From positions 124,001 through 188,000 of the forward strand of contig MU004199.1 in the NCBI GenBank assembly GCA_010093605.1: a stretch of 64,000 bases of DNA. The letters run 5' to 3'. Origin of the DNA: Lophium mytilinum. Taxonomy: Eukaryota. A program made the translations under genes and the position numbers. Of this stretch, positions 25,138 through 36,923 are shown one piece after another. Position 1 is the first letter of the stretch; each line of letters opens with the position of its first letter. The notes beneath the pieces were generated by a model. It was not told the origin of the DNA. It saw nothing but the letters and a program-made list of their open reading frames with translations, and ran no database searches.

Positions 25138-25920
25138 TCACTCCACCACCTCCATCACAACCCCATACCTCGTGCACCACCTCCCTCTTCCCTCCTCCGT
25201 CTCCCCCGCATCCCCCGGCACACCCCCCGGATCCCCATTCGCCACAAACGCCTCCGAAAGCGTGCACCCCCCGACCCTGCTAAACCCCTGCCGCGCATAC
25301 ATCCCTGCCATCTTCTCCGCGCAAAACAACCGCACCCGCGCCCTCTCCCCTGACACCGTCCGTCCCCTCGCATAATCCACCACAGCGCGTATCAGCACCC
25401 TTGCAAGCCCCCGCCCGCGGTGCGCCGGCGCCGTGTACAGCGCGTTGAGATGCCAGCGTGTCTCGCCGGCTTCCTCGACGCGCTGCCCGCTGAGGGGCAG
25501 GAAGTAGGCGGCGTAGGGGGTGGGGCCGCGGAGGGCGATGAGGCCGGCCCAGTCGCTGGATAGGAGGAGTTTCACGGCTGCGTCTTCGTCTTTCGCGTCT
25601 GGTTCGGAGATAGGGGTAGGGGTAGCGAGGAGGGCGAAGTCGTTGGCGTCGGGGTGGCTGAGGCGGGCCGACCAGACGGAGAGGGGGTGGGTGGATTCCG
25701 CGGCGTAGGTGGTGGCGAAGGCGGTGGGTTCGGCGGCGAGGGCGGCGAGGCGGACGGCGCGGTATTTGGTGGCGAGGGCGGGGAGGTGGGTGGGGTTTTT
25801 GGGGAGGCGGAGAGGGGTGTAGTGGAGATCTGGTGCGGGAGCGGGAGTAGTTGATTTGGCGGGAGGGGGGATGGGCTGTGATGGCACGGTGTCGGCTTTG
25901 CGGCCAGTGAGGTCGGTCAT
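25138..25920 (-). CDS. GNAT-family N-acetyltransferase
   Basis: KYRAVRLAAL..PTAFATTY N-terminus; acetyl-CoA binding motif LYTAPAHRGRGLA; MYARQGF. Confidence 0.85.
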   Translation of the reverse strand: MTDLTGRKADTVPSQPIPPPAKSTTPAPAPDLHYTPLRLPKNPTHLPALATKYRAVRLAALAAEPTAFATTYAAESTHPLSVWSARLSHPDANDFALLATPTPISEPDAKDEDAAVKLLLSSDWAGLIALRGPTPYAAYFLPLSGQRVEEAGETRWHLNALYTAPAHRGRGLARVLIRAVVDYARGRTVSGERARVRLFCAEKMAGMYARQGFSRVGGCTLSEAFVANGDPGGVPGDAGETEEGRGRWCTRYGVVMEVVE

Positions 25921-27057
25921 GGTGTGTAAGGGATGGATTGTATTTGGGTGTGGGTATGCGTGATTGTGACGCGTCTTTGCCTCTGGAGACTAGGTATTTC
26001 GTGAGCAATGAGAGTAGATTTCAAGGGTGTGTGAACCTACTTTTATAGTGTAAATGAAGCGAGGAAGTGGAGGTTTCTAATTTTCCGAAATTTATATCGA
26101 AGTGTCGGATTTGTCGGAGACCCTCTTGGTATCGGAGAAAATGGTGTCGGAGAAAATGGTGTCGGAGAAGAGACGAAAACCTATGACACCGACAGATGTA
26201 GCAAGATAGATATGAAGAGCTTGATATAAGAGAAAAAACTTAATATGATGAGTGGCTTTTATGCTGAAGTGCTGGATCCGCCCACCGATTATCAAGTTTG
26301 CAGCGCTCATTATGAGTCGAACTCTTATCCCGAGCACGCTATTGTGGGGCTAGCGCTTATGTGGAATATTGTCATGCCAGGCTGCGCACAATGGAACTCC
26401 CTTTGGTACTAAAAGTGTGGTACAAGACGGGATGCTCTGTACATCATCCTATCTACATGTCTTCAGCAACTACTGTCGCAAGTCGTGAGTTACGCATAAA
26501 TCAACCATTTTGGCAGAAGAAGTCTACATCAGTCCTCCTGATCGCGTTTAGAGATTAAGCTTGATTGGAGAAAGAAGGCCGGAGAGGCGAAGTAGAAGAG
26601 AAGGAGGTTTCCTGAACGGAAGGGTTCATGGTGGCAGTTGTGATAAGGTTTATATTAGCTCCACGTGACGAAGTGGGGCACACGTGATCATTAATTTCAC
26701 TTGCAACGGTAGACATGCCCCAGATGGAGTGACCGAGTATGTTTGAATGCTTATTTTGCTCCTTTACCTGGATGGTCCTAATGCACGGGGGAAGCCTGAA
26801 GTCGTCTCTGAGAAAGCAAACGCTGAGATATGCCGTCCCATGCCATCCCACCAACATCCTAATGCACGTCCTTAATGCTTTATACCTCCCAAGTTCTTCT
26901 CGTAGATCTGAACAATTGGAAGATGAGATGAGAGAACAAATCGAACACCAGACGCCAGAAAGCCTTGAAGAGAAGCCCATGATGCCAATGCTATTCGAGG
27001 TCGTGCCCATGCTGCTTCGTTCAGAGCATGCTATGAGATGGGGAATAGGAGTTGTCC

Positions 27058-28533
27058 TCAGTCATTCATCTTGGCAAACAGGATGCCAGCTGCAAACTCC
27101 ACGTTCCCCTGCGTCTGGTTGAGAGCCTGAATGGCTTCGCCCTTTGAGAATCCTAAATTCTGCAGCTGGTCGATAGCTTCCTGAGGCCATGTAGGGGAGG
27201 ATTGTTGCTGCGGCGCAGCTTGTGGTTGTGATCGAGCGGGTGCAGAGCCTACTGGCCGACCCGCGCCTTGGAAGTTAGCTCCCGAGCCTGACGCCACTGC
27301 CGAGCTGCCTGCAGCTGTCGCCCCTGCAGGTCTGACGGCGCCGGATTTGGCACCAATTTCGGTGCCATTCGGACCAGACACGGTGGGCTCGTTCATGACA
27401 GCCTCTTCGAAGCTCTTGGGGATCTCGGACTCTGGTAGGAACGGCACCTCGATGCCCTGGAAGCAGAGAGCGTTCTTCTCGAGGTCGATTTTGGCTTTGT
27501 ACCGCTTGAGCATGTCCAGACCGAAGAGCAAATCAACGTCCTTGCCCTCCATCACAGTGAATGCGCACGGCATGATCGCATCTCCAATCTTGATCTCGGC
27601 GTGATGCACACGTCCTAGAATCTTGGCTGTTCCAACTCCCTTGGCTACACCCTCGTACCGGACATCGATCAGTCGCATGATGCCGCAAGCCTTGGCGCAG
27701 TCAGGAGACATAATCGTAGCCTGAGCACCAGAGTCGACGAAGGCCTTGACTGGGTGGCCATTCACCTCAGCGTTGATGTAGAGCATAGTGACTCTGGCAA
27801 AGACTGCATCTGTTAGCTATAGTCATGACGTAGGTGTTGTCGAGCTTACCCTCCGGGTTGTTCTCATACGCATGCTGCAGATTCTCCACAACGCGATCCT
27901 GCCGGATCATCTCCTCGATCTTCCGCTGCGCCTCGATGTTGAAGGGGTCTTCGTTGAGCAGGGCGATCTGGTTCTGGCGCTCGCGCTCACGCTCTTCCTC
28001 CTGCTGTCTCATGGCCGTGTATAGCTCCCTCCAGCGATTTGGGTCGTTGACGGCGCTGGCCAGCTCTGGCTGCTGCTCGTGGAGGTTCGCAATAGCTGCG
28101 GGGTCGCCGGCAAAGCGCAGTCGCACAGTTTCTAGCTCGTCCGAATTCACCTCTCCTCGCCGCCGTGCACCACCCTGAGGGCGAGCAGCGGGCCGTCCTC
28201 CTTGCGCAGGCTGCCCGGGCCGCCGGATGAGCATCGCCAGCATCTCACCATCGTTGATGCCGGCAGCCTCGAGTGTCTGGGAGTCGTTGTTCAGTGGCCG
28301 GCCGTTGAGGTAGAACAGCTGCGACTGTGGGGGAAAGTTGGTCTCGCCCTGAACAAAGGCCTTGAGGTCTTGCACGGTGAGTCCGGGTGGTAGGTCGAGG
28401 TGGAGGAGCTCCTGGTCCGACTGCTCGTCGGGGGCGTTGATGGATATGGTGACGCGGGGCCTGGGAGGGTTAGCAGACAGCGCTGTGGTTTCAAGGCGTC
28501 GCACAGGAACGGCGCGGGGCGGGAGGCTCACAT
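27058..28533 (-). CDS. DDI1: DNA damage-inducible protein 1 (UBL, HDD, retroviral-like aspartic protease, UBA), 3 exons
   Basis: MLYINAEVNGHPVKAFVDSGAQATIMS, LNEDPFNIEAQRKIEEMIRQ, C-terminal UBA (LQNLGFSK). Start codon appears split AT|G by intron 28461-28531. Confidence 0.95.
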
Positions 28534-29877
28534 GGTCGCGGTGTTGGGGCTGGTATGCAGGCGGCGCTGGATCGGTGTCGGTGGGTTGTACACTGGCGAT
28601 GTCGAGAGGATGGGTTGCTGGTTTCCGGGATGGGGCGTGTGCAAGGCCGGCCGGATGGGGTCGAAGTGAAGCTTATGGACACTTGGTATAGACGGGTGCC
28701 TCGAAGCTCCGTTGGAAGGCGATGGAAGGCGATGGCAGGCCGTGGTGCAGCCGTTAATAATCACGCCGCGCTCATCTCGGGCGGAGCTCAGGCGGTGCGG
28801 AAGCCTGGGGCGCGGGCGTAGCAGAGATATTATAGCTGTATGGTGGTGGGTTGGTTGGGCTCCCAGTGGCCGCGGGTGGAGCCCCAGATGAGGTGGGATG
28901 GATTCACGGCGGTGTGGGTGCAGCAGACGCCTCTGCAGGGGCGGGCGCAGCGGGCCGTTGGCTATGTGTTTGTGGAGTTGTTCCTGGGCAGCTATCTACT
29001 GGGCCATCTACATAGCTATGTGCATGTGTATGGAGATATATATCGAGCAGTGCAGCGCTGGAGGTGAACGTGCTGGGCCTCAACCACGCTCTCTCACCAC
29101 TCGAGCATCCCCGCCAACCCCCATGCCCCCTATGCTCCCCATTCCCATCCTGGCCGCTGCAGTTTGAGGGCGACCGGGGCTGCGGAGCGCACAGCAGCAG
29201 CAGAGAGTGCTGGCAGGCTGCTTCCAGTCAAGGCCCATGCCGAGTGCTGCACTGGCTGCAGTCCTGACGCAAGCCCAAACTGTCAGTCGTAGCGGGCGCT
29301 GCAAGTCATTGGCGTTGCGGATCATTCTGCGCCGACGACCTCAGGGCTGAGGGGGAGAGTCGAGGGTGCACGGTGAGGCCACCTGCCGTAGCAAGGTTCG
29401 GGATCTGAAGCAGAGGCTGGCTCCTAATGCGGTGTCGTGTTTGCTCGTATACGCCAGGAGATGCTGCACGCTTCATGCTGCGATTCGGAGCATTGCCAGC
29501 TGGCGAGCAAGCGGGAGTGATCAACCGGGAAGGGATCCATCCTGCTGCACGTTCCCGTCTGGTTGAGATGAGGTGGCCTGTATAATAAGTACCAGGGCCC
29601 GATGCCCCTGGACGAAGCGTGAATGAAGCTTGAGAAGTGGATGAAGCGTGATAAGTGAACGGGGTTTGCACGTGAAGTGATGGTGCCAAACGCCCCGGAT
29701 CGCCAAAGCCAGGGCGATGACACGCCTGACGCCGGTCGCTCCTGCGGCGGTCTCGGTCTCGTGCCTGGCGAACCATCGACGCCCCGTCATGTTATTTTTC
29801 GGACCAGCGTCATTCCATCCCGCGCCTCTCACCACCAAGACCACCACCGTTGCTCAACACCACACACAACTGCAATC

Positions 29878-31179
29878 ATGCCGCGCGACCTCGAGTCTGA
29901 GAAGGCCACCATCGACGGAATGGCCCCTTTAACCACCGTAACGAAGGAGCCGGAGAAGGGCGCGCCCCCGGCACAGACCTTTGCTTCGCCAGATTCGGAC
30001 GACCAGCTCCAGCTGTACCGCGACGAGGGCGGCATTAACGCGCTGCATCCATACTGCCAGGCACTGACCAGCAACGACCTCGAGAGTTGTATTCATCTGG
30101 AGAACGCCACATTCCCTCCTCACGAAGCCTGTAGCCGAGAGAAGGTAGGCGGTTCAAATTAAACAACCGCACATCATGTCACCCAGCTCTCTTGCTCACA
30201 ATTCATACCTCTATCACTTCACTGTACTTCATTATACTCCAATTGCCTTCTTAGCCCCACCATGGGCCGATCGGCATCTTTCCTATCCCTTCCTTCCGTT
30301 TCAACAGTCTTTTGTTCCATCGTCTTGGCATCTACCTCCATCCCACAATCGTGTCAACCCACCCTCAAAATCACACATTGGACCTCCGTCTGTTTCAGTT
30401 ATCCTAAAACCTGTAGCGCTAGTCAGATAGCACCGTACAACATCTTTCGTCCAATTGATCACCTCAAACGCAACAAACCTCCACTCCCTCCTCACGTGCC
30501 TAATTTACCAACTCGACAATCCATACAACTTCCAATTCTACAGCTCTAACCCTCACCAGTTCATCTACCGCTTGAAATCTTGCGGCGAGCTCTGCCTAGG
30601 CCTATGTACGTCCCACTCCCCAAAAATCCCTTTCAACCCTAACCAACCCACCAGTCACATCCGCGACCTCCACATCCAAGTCGCCCACCCTCTCCGCCCT
30701 CAGCAAAAAGCCCTTCGCCCACCCCGCCGACTCCGCCTACCCGGACCGCAAATCCATCCTCCTCGCCCACTGCATCGCCACCAAATCCGAAAACCTAACC
30801 GTCACCGACAACGACATGGCCATGCCGCCGCTCGGCCACAACGAGCACGGCCGCACCATCTGCCTGCACTCGCTCGCCGTGCTGCCCGAGTATCAGAACC
30901 TCGGGCTCGGGCGCACGGTCGTGTTGGCATTTGTGCAGCGGATGCAGAGTGCGGGAATGGCTGATCGGGTTGCGTTGTAAGTATACTTCCTACCTATTCG
31001 TTCTACTTCGTCCATCTCCCGGTCTTCGAGCTGAGCTAATTCTGTGTAGGTTGGCGCATGAGCAGCTGGTGACATTCTACGAGCGACTTGGATTTGAGAA
31101 CCGGGGCAAGTCGAAGGCGACGTACGGCGGTGGCGGGTGGTTTGACATGGTGGTAGAATTCGGAGGGATGAGTGGGTAA
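29878..31179 (+). CDS. GNAT-family polyamine/arylalkylamine acetyltransferase-like protein, 4 exons
   Basis: LHPYCQALTSNDLESCIHLENATFPPHEACSREK / FIYRL..CGELCLGL / ..GHNEHGRTICLHSLAVLPEYQNLGLG.. / LAHEQLVTFYERLGF..YGGGGWFDMV. Resembles yeast Paa1. Confidence 0.85.
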
Positions 31180-31446
31180 GAGGGCGTTTGCAGATAGAAG
31201 CTAGCTTCATTGGAGGCACGAAGCTGGAAAGGACCGGGCTGGAGTTCAGGGCTCAGAGCATATTCGGTAGCATTGCAGGCGGGGTTATGATGGATGATGA
31301 CGATCACGATGCACAGGATGCCCTCAATCTTCGAAAATGTATAAGTAGCAAAAGCCACCAGTCAAAATGGTAATTTGTTCTACAACCACTTATGGACTTT
31401 GAACATGCCTGTGTGCTGCAGACTCACTCGCTCGCCTCCTTTTCGC

Positions 31447-33090
31447 TCACCGCAGCTTGTAGACGCAAGGCTTCAGTACTGCTCCCTCATCTCCACCGTC
31501 TTCCTCCTCCTTATCCAGATCCTCAAGATACCGCATCTTCTTCTTCCCGCCCATCGCCGCCACCTCCTCTTCTTTGACCACATTCTTCCCCCTCACTGGC
31601 GGCGTCCCCTTAACAAACCGCATCTTCACAAACATCCGATTCCCCAACTCGACCGCCTCCTTCTCCTCCCCATCCAGCACGAACCCCCGCTTCCGCAAAA
31701 CCTCCACAAACGCCGACACATCCGTCTCCTGCTTCTGCGCATCCAGCTCCACTCCATCCACCTCAACACTCAGCAGCTGATCATCCACCTGCGTCTCCGC
31801 TTCCGCAAGCTGCCGATTCTGCGCTTTCGTCGGCGGCTTCGGCTTCTTCGCGAACGGGACCGCCTTTTTCTGCGAACCAACGCTGTGTGCAAGCACCTTC
31901 CCCGCGCGGTTGACACGCCCAAACCGCGATTTGATCTCGGCGACCCACAGCTCGCCCCGCCAGCGCAGGATGCGGTACGCTTCATCCAGGAAATCGAGCC
32001 AGTTCGTGCCCATGAGCGCGAGGCAGAAGACCGCGACGTCGACCGTGCCGTCTTTCAGCGGGAGCGCGGCGACATCCGCGACCGTGACGAGGCCGTGTGC
32101 AGCGCCGGCGGGTTTCGAGAGGTCGAAGGAGTGGATGGCGAGTTTGAGGGGTTTGAGATGGGGTTGCAGCGCGAGCGAGAGGGAGGCGGTGCCGCAGCCT
32201 AGGTCTGCGATTGTGGAGATGCCGCGGAGGTTTCGGGGGAGGAGTTTCAGTGCTTTCTCGGTGGTGGGGGTGTCTGTGGGCTGGGGTTTGGGTTTCTGCC
32301 CTTTTTGGCCTTTGTTTTTCTGCGCCCAGGGGTCGCGTTTTTCGATGAGTTTGCCGCGGGATAGGATGGAGGCGACGTAGCCGTCGACCGGGTTTTCGGG
32401 CCATCCGGCGACTTGTTGGGCGAAGCCGGTGTGGTATTCCGTAAACATCTCTGGGTTGTCGCTGAAGAGGGTGAGGGAGGAGGTCGAGGGGGTCGTGTAG
32501 AGGGTTTGGTTAAGGTGGCGGAAGCGGGCGGAGGCGAGTTTGGCGCGCATAGATTGTTGGAGGGGGGTTAGTTTGACGGCTGGAGGGAGGGCGGTTGGGG
32601 GTGGTATTGGTGGTGCAGCTATGATAGAGGTGTCGTCTTTGGTGGTCGATGGCTTGGTGGATTTGTCGCGCTTTTGTTTTTTCGAGGATTTCTTGGAGAC
32701 TTTATCGTCTGATGTGGCTTCTTCAGTTGATGTAAGTGTAGGTATATTGTTCTTGGCTTTTTCTTCTTCCTTCAATTTTCGCTTTCTCTTCTTCTCGCGC
32801 TCTTTCATTCGCTCTGTTATTTCCACAGGCTTGTCCGGGTCGGGCTTCTTCCCTTCAATGTGCTTTTCCCACATGTCCACCACATTGTTGCTGTTGACAG
32901 GAGGCCCCAATGCTATGCCATTGGCCCCGGTTTGCTTGTCTTTCCGGTTCGTGCGCTTCCTCTTCTTCGAGGGCGGGGCAGGGTCTGCTCCATTCGCAGG
33001 AGCGTTGGTATCTTGTTTGGAGGGCGCGTTTTGACCATCAGCTTGTGTCTTGAGCTGAGCGGAGACGTTCCAGCCCGGTACGGAGAACAT
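31447..33090 (-). CDS. RRP8: 25S rRNA m1A methyltransferase Rrp8
   Basis: MFSVPGWNV start; LTPLQQSMRAKLASARFRHLNQTLYT; IADLGCG; FCLALMGTNW; C-terminal LKPCVYKLR. Confidence 0.95.
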   Translation of the reverse strand: MFSVPGWNVSAQLKTQADGQNAPSKQDTNAPANGADPAPPSKKRKRTNRKDKQTGANGIALGPPVNSNNVVDMWEKHIEGKKPDPDKPVEITERMKEREKKRKRKLKEEEKAKNNIPTLTSTEEATSDDKVSKKSSKKQKRDKSTKPSTTKDDTSIIAAPPIPPPTALPPAVKLTPLQQSMRAKLASARFRHLNQTLYTTPSTSSLTLFSDNPEMFTEYHTGFAQQVAGWPENPVDGYVASILSRGKLIEKRDPWAQKNKGQKGQKPKPQPTDTPTTEKALKLLPRNLRGISTIADLGCGTASLSLALQPHLKPLKLAIHSFDLSKPAGAAHGLVTVADVAALPLKDGTVDVAVFCLALMGTNWLDFLDEAYRILRWRGELWVAEIKSRFGRVNRAGKVLAHSVGSQKKAVPFAKKPKPPTKAQNRQLAEAETQVDDQLLSVEVDGVELDAQKQETDVSAFVEVLRKRGFVLDGEEKEAVELGNRMFVKMRFVKGTPPVRGKNVVKEEEVAAMGGKKKMRYLEDLDKEEEDGGDEGAVLKPCVYKLR

Positions 33091-34405
33091 TGTGGGTTGT
33101 GGGAGTGTTGCTCGGTTTCTTGTGGAGGTCGATCGGGCGGAGAAATATTTTGGACCTGTTCGAGTTTCGGAGGGAAAGATTTTCCGGCCCGGAGTCAGAC
33201 AGACCAACGTCAGTATTCATCCCTCCACAACACAACTCATCTGCAACAAACATCGAGTCTGCATCCATTTCCATCACCGATGACTTTTCTGGGGGCTACT
33301 TAAGGCTCTCCTAATAGTTTTTTTCCCAATTGCCTTCTAATGCGCTCCTAGAATGCGAAGTTTGAGTAGACTTTGAGTTATTAGATTCTGCAGGCTTCAA
33401 ATCAACTCATTTGCGTGCTGAAGTTGATTATAGTGTGAAGTAGTCAGGGCCTCCCAGCGGTGACTCCTGGACCTCCTTCCGAGGTAACTGAAATATGATG
33501 TCGGCACCAATCCTGACCCTAGGGGATATACTTCAGCTCACACGTATACTACCGGTGGCTATCTTGTCTAGTATATCGAGGACACCTCATGGCCTCTAGA
33601 TTGTTCCATGTGTTCGCACTGTGGAATCTAATTTGGCGTCTATTAAAACGTTCAGGAATCTATAGGCTCTATGTTCCACCACGGGGCTCCAGCCTCTGCC
33701 GGTGGTGACAGTAGTAGAAGCTCCCCTAGGCTTTGCAAAGGGACTGGGTCTAGTTTCGATAGCCAAGCTTTTGACATCCCGCTGAGATCATTTCCAGCTT
33801 GTTGTAGGACTCCTCACGTTGGCGTAGTACTAGGTTTCTGAATGCTTCATCTAGCCGGTACGTTTTTGACATTAGGCTGCGAAGTTTTGCGGGCCATGGA
33901 GAGCCCCGAAGGCCGCCCGTGGGTGCTATTTCATTGGACTCTTTCCAATTACTAGATTGGCCCATGGTCTCTACGTAAGTGGCAGAGGTAATAAGCATGC
34001 AAAGCCCCCTTGGCAGCTGCTGGTAGGTAGATTGCCGTAGGTAGAATGTCACATCTCGAGGACGAGGTCTCGCCCACAACGTTGGTGCAAAACAAAACAC
34101 AATCTTAATCAGCCTCTCTTCAGCCGCGCTCTCAATTGTCTTAGATCCGGCCTGGGGGTACACAGCTGGCTATCAACAGTGCCCTATGACACAATAGCCG
34201 CGCGAGATACCTGCACTGCTGATGGGTGAAGGTGGATTGTGCCCTAAAACTCTCCATCACGTGGGCCGTCTTGGCAGCCTTCGTGGCCTACAAAACGGCT
34301 CCGCCCTCTCACTCCTCCGTCCTCGCTACTCTCACCACATCATCACCACATCCGCTTCTTTTCTTGACAAAAGCGTAGATCAACCTGACCTTCTTGCTCG
34401 TAGTT

Positions 34406-35634
34406 ATGTCGCTTCACGTCCCCCTCAGCCCTTCGATTCCGGAGAAGATCTCGATGTGTGAGAAGTGTGGTGTTTTGAACCAGAGCGGCTTCTGGTTCCC
34501 GCGTTGCGGCCACGGCCTGTGCGAGAAATGTAAGTTGCACTCAATCTACTGCTACCAGTGGTCCTTTGACTGACAGATCTTCTACCTTTAGGCTACCCAC
34601 ACCACCTGTCCGTTCAGTGCATTGTCTGCCCCGACGCGGACACGCCGACCGACTGGTCGCCGAATCACATCGAGCAGAAGCAGTAAGTCAACCACCTCTT
34701 CTACTCACATTTGAGCCGCTAGCCTGGCTTCTATTGTTGGTACAAGTCACGCACTGGTGACGCTAACTGGAATAGATACGGCGTCATCGTCTTCGAGGCA
34801 CAGGGCAAGACCTACCACGTCCACCTCAAACAATTCGCACAGCGGTCACCTGAACTACACTCCTACATCACAAAGGCCTTCAACGCCTGGTTTGCGGCCC
34901 CCGGCAACGACCCAAGCGGGCTGCCAGTCCTAGGCGATGGGCGGTTCACACTGAGGCTTCCGACCGAAGATTGGCAGACATTGAGGGTGATAGTGGCATG
35001 GCTCTACAAGCATGACCCGTTCGAGAAGACCAAGGACACGCCAGACGTCCCGTTCATACTTCTCGCCAAAGTCTGGCTTCTGGCGGACAAATTGGGCTTC
35101 CCGGCCCTGCAGAACCAGATCATCCGCCGCCTCTACGTCTGGACGCGCGCACACAACACCCGCATTAACCTGAACATCATGAACTTTGTCTACAAGAGTA
35201 CCTGGCCTGGTTGCAAGTTGCGGAAGTTCATGGCCTGCCTGTACGCCCAGCGGGTCGACACTGAGGCCAACAAGACCATAGCCGCCGAGCCAGGCTTTCC
35301 GATCGTCGAAGAGGCGACGGCGTGGGTCCGCATCCGGGACAACTACATCTTCAAGCAACAGAACCTACACCCTCTGGACCTAATGGTCCACCACAACAAC
35401 GAGAACAACTTCACAGAGTTCGAAGTGAGAGAACATGGGGACGCAGAGGGTGCACAGTGTGCGGGGGACAGAGAGGCAACCTTTTTGGAGAGAACTAGGG
35501 ACATGATGCACCTCAGCGTGCACTGGAAGCCGCACGGAGCCCGCTGTCGGCGGTGGATGCCGGAATCGGCCGGGGTGAACGGTGCGGGTGCTTGGGGCAT
35601 GCGGCTGTGTGGGGGGTCCTTCATGTGGTACTGA
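34406..35634 (+). CDS. RING(C3HC4)-BTB/POZ domain protein, 3 exons
   Basis: Exons 34406-34529, 34592-34682 and 34776-35634 give CEKC-x12-CGHGLCEKC-x8-CIVC, then BTB-like KTYHVH..RSP..LPTED..VIVAWLY..LAKVWLLADKLGFPALQN..TWPGCKLRKF. Confidence 0.75.
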
Positions 35635-35834
35635 TCATGCAGCAGCGGCGTCAATGTGGCCTGATTTGGGGCGTCTAAGGGCCGGACATTTGGAAGCTGG
35701 CATCACAGTGCGAGGGTCCTCTGGTGTGTATGAGTAGGTAGCAGTTTCCTTCAATCAAAGCTCTCATCTCGAACATAAATCAGTTGCATAAAGCTATGGT
35801 AAAGTGAATTGCACTCCTAGAAAAAGAGTTTTGA

Positions 35835-36560
35835 CATGGTTATAACACCGTTTGTGGTGCCTCAATCTGTTTCTAACCACCAAGATGAGATGTAAAGGTA
35901 TGGAGTCCGTGAATTGGAAACGGGGCTGTAGACACTGTCTTGACACCGTCTGGGGTGGTTCATCATACATTTCAGATCGGGACGAGATGTAATGGCCCCG
36001 AACCTACGAATTGGAAGTAGAGCTGTGTGCACACTTTTGACACCGTCTGTGGTGCCCCAGCTCGGCCTCAAAGACTGGGATGAGATGTAAAGGCATCGGC
36101 TTTGTGAATTGAGAGGCAAACGATGCTCACACTTCTGACACCGTCTGGGGTGTCCCAGCTCGCTTTCAAAGAGTAGGATCCGATGTGAAGGCTCCGGGCC
36201 TGCGAAGTGACGGGGAGACAATGCACATACTTCTGACACCGTCTGGGGTGCCCCAGCTTGACTTTAAAGAGGAGGACGAGATGTAAAAGTGTCAAGCCCG
36301 TGAAACAAAAAAGGTGTTGTGGACGCATCGGTGGCACCGTCTGCGGTCCCTCAGCACCTTTTCAGCATCCAGAATTAGATGTAACGTATCAAGCCTCTGA
36401 AATGGCGGAAGGAGTCCGCAGACACGTCTAACATCGTCTGTAGTGCCTTGGCTACTCTATACAATTTAGGATGACATGAAAAGGCGACAAGCCTGTGGGT
36501 CGAAGAACAGAGCGCAAAGTGGTATATGCCACCGTCTAAGGTGCTTCGATAGGGTTTCCA
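35835..36560 (+). repeat. Degenerate tandem array, about 8 units of 97-98 bp
   Basis: Core (GA)CACCGTCTG(G/T)GGTG at 35846, 35944, 36041, 36139, 36237, 36335, 36432 and 36530. A second block, GAGATGTAAAGG..GTGAA or a variant, recurs in the units. Confidence 0.88.
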
Positions 36561-36923
36561 AGTACAGTTTGATATGGAAAGAAATCGGGTCTGTGAACTA
36601 GACCGTAGACGAGAGAGTATCCAAAGGTGGTGGAGAATGAGATGGAACAGACTGAGCCTGTGAAATAGAGGCGGGACTTTCAACAGTCTCTGATCTAGTG
36701 CTTTCCATGTCAGGGCACCTCAAACATCGGCAAACAGGTGTCAGATTCGTAGCTCTGCGCGCTAATAGTTCACAGAAACATTCACCTTTGACGGGCTAAG
36801 CGCGCAGGAAACTTCGCCTACTTGACCACGACTGCGCGTCTGTCCTACAACACCACACCCCCACAGCGCCGCCTTCAACGCCTCTCACCTACGCAACACC
36901 ACAGTCTGTGTAGCAAGCTCACC

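Noticed and set aside
27058..27786. Retrotransposon protease
   Set aside because: The DSGAQ protease lies within the UBL-HDD-RVP-UBA architecture of host DDI1.
35835..36560. CRISPR-like array
   Set aside because: Eukaryotic context, no cas genes, and the spacers are homologous to each other, so it is a degenerate tandem repeat.
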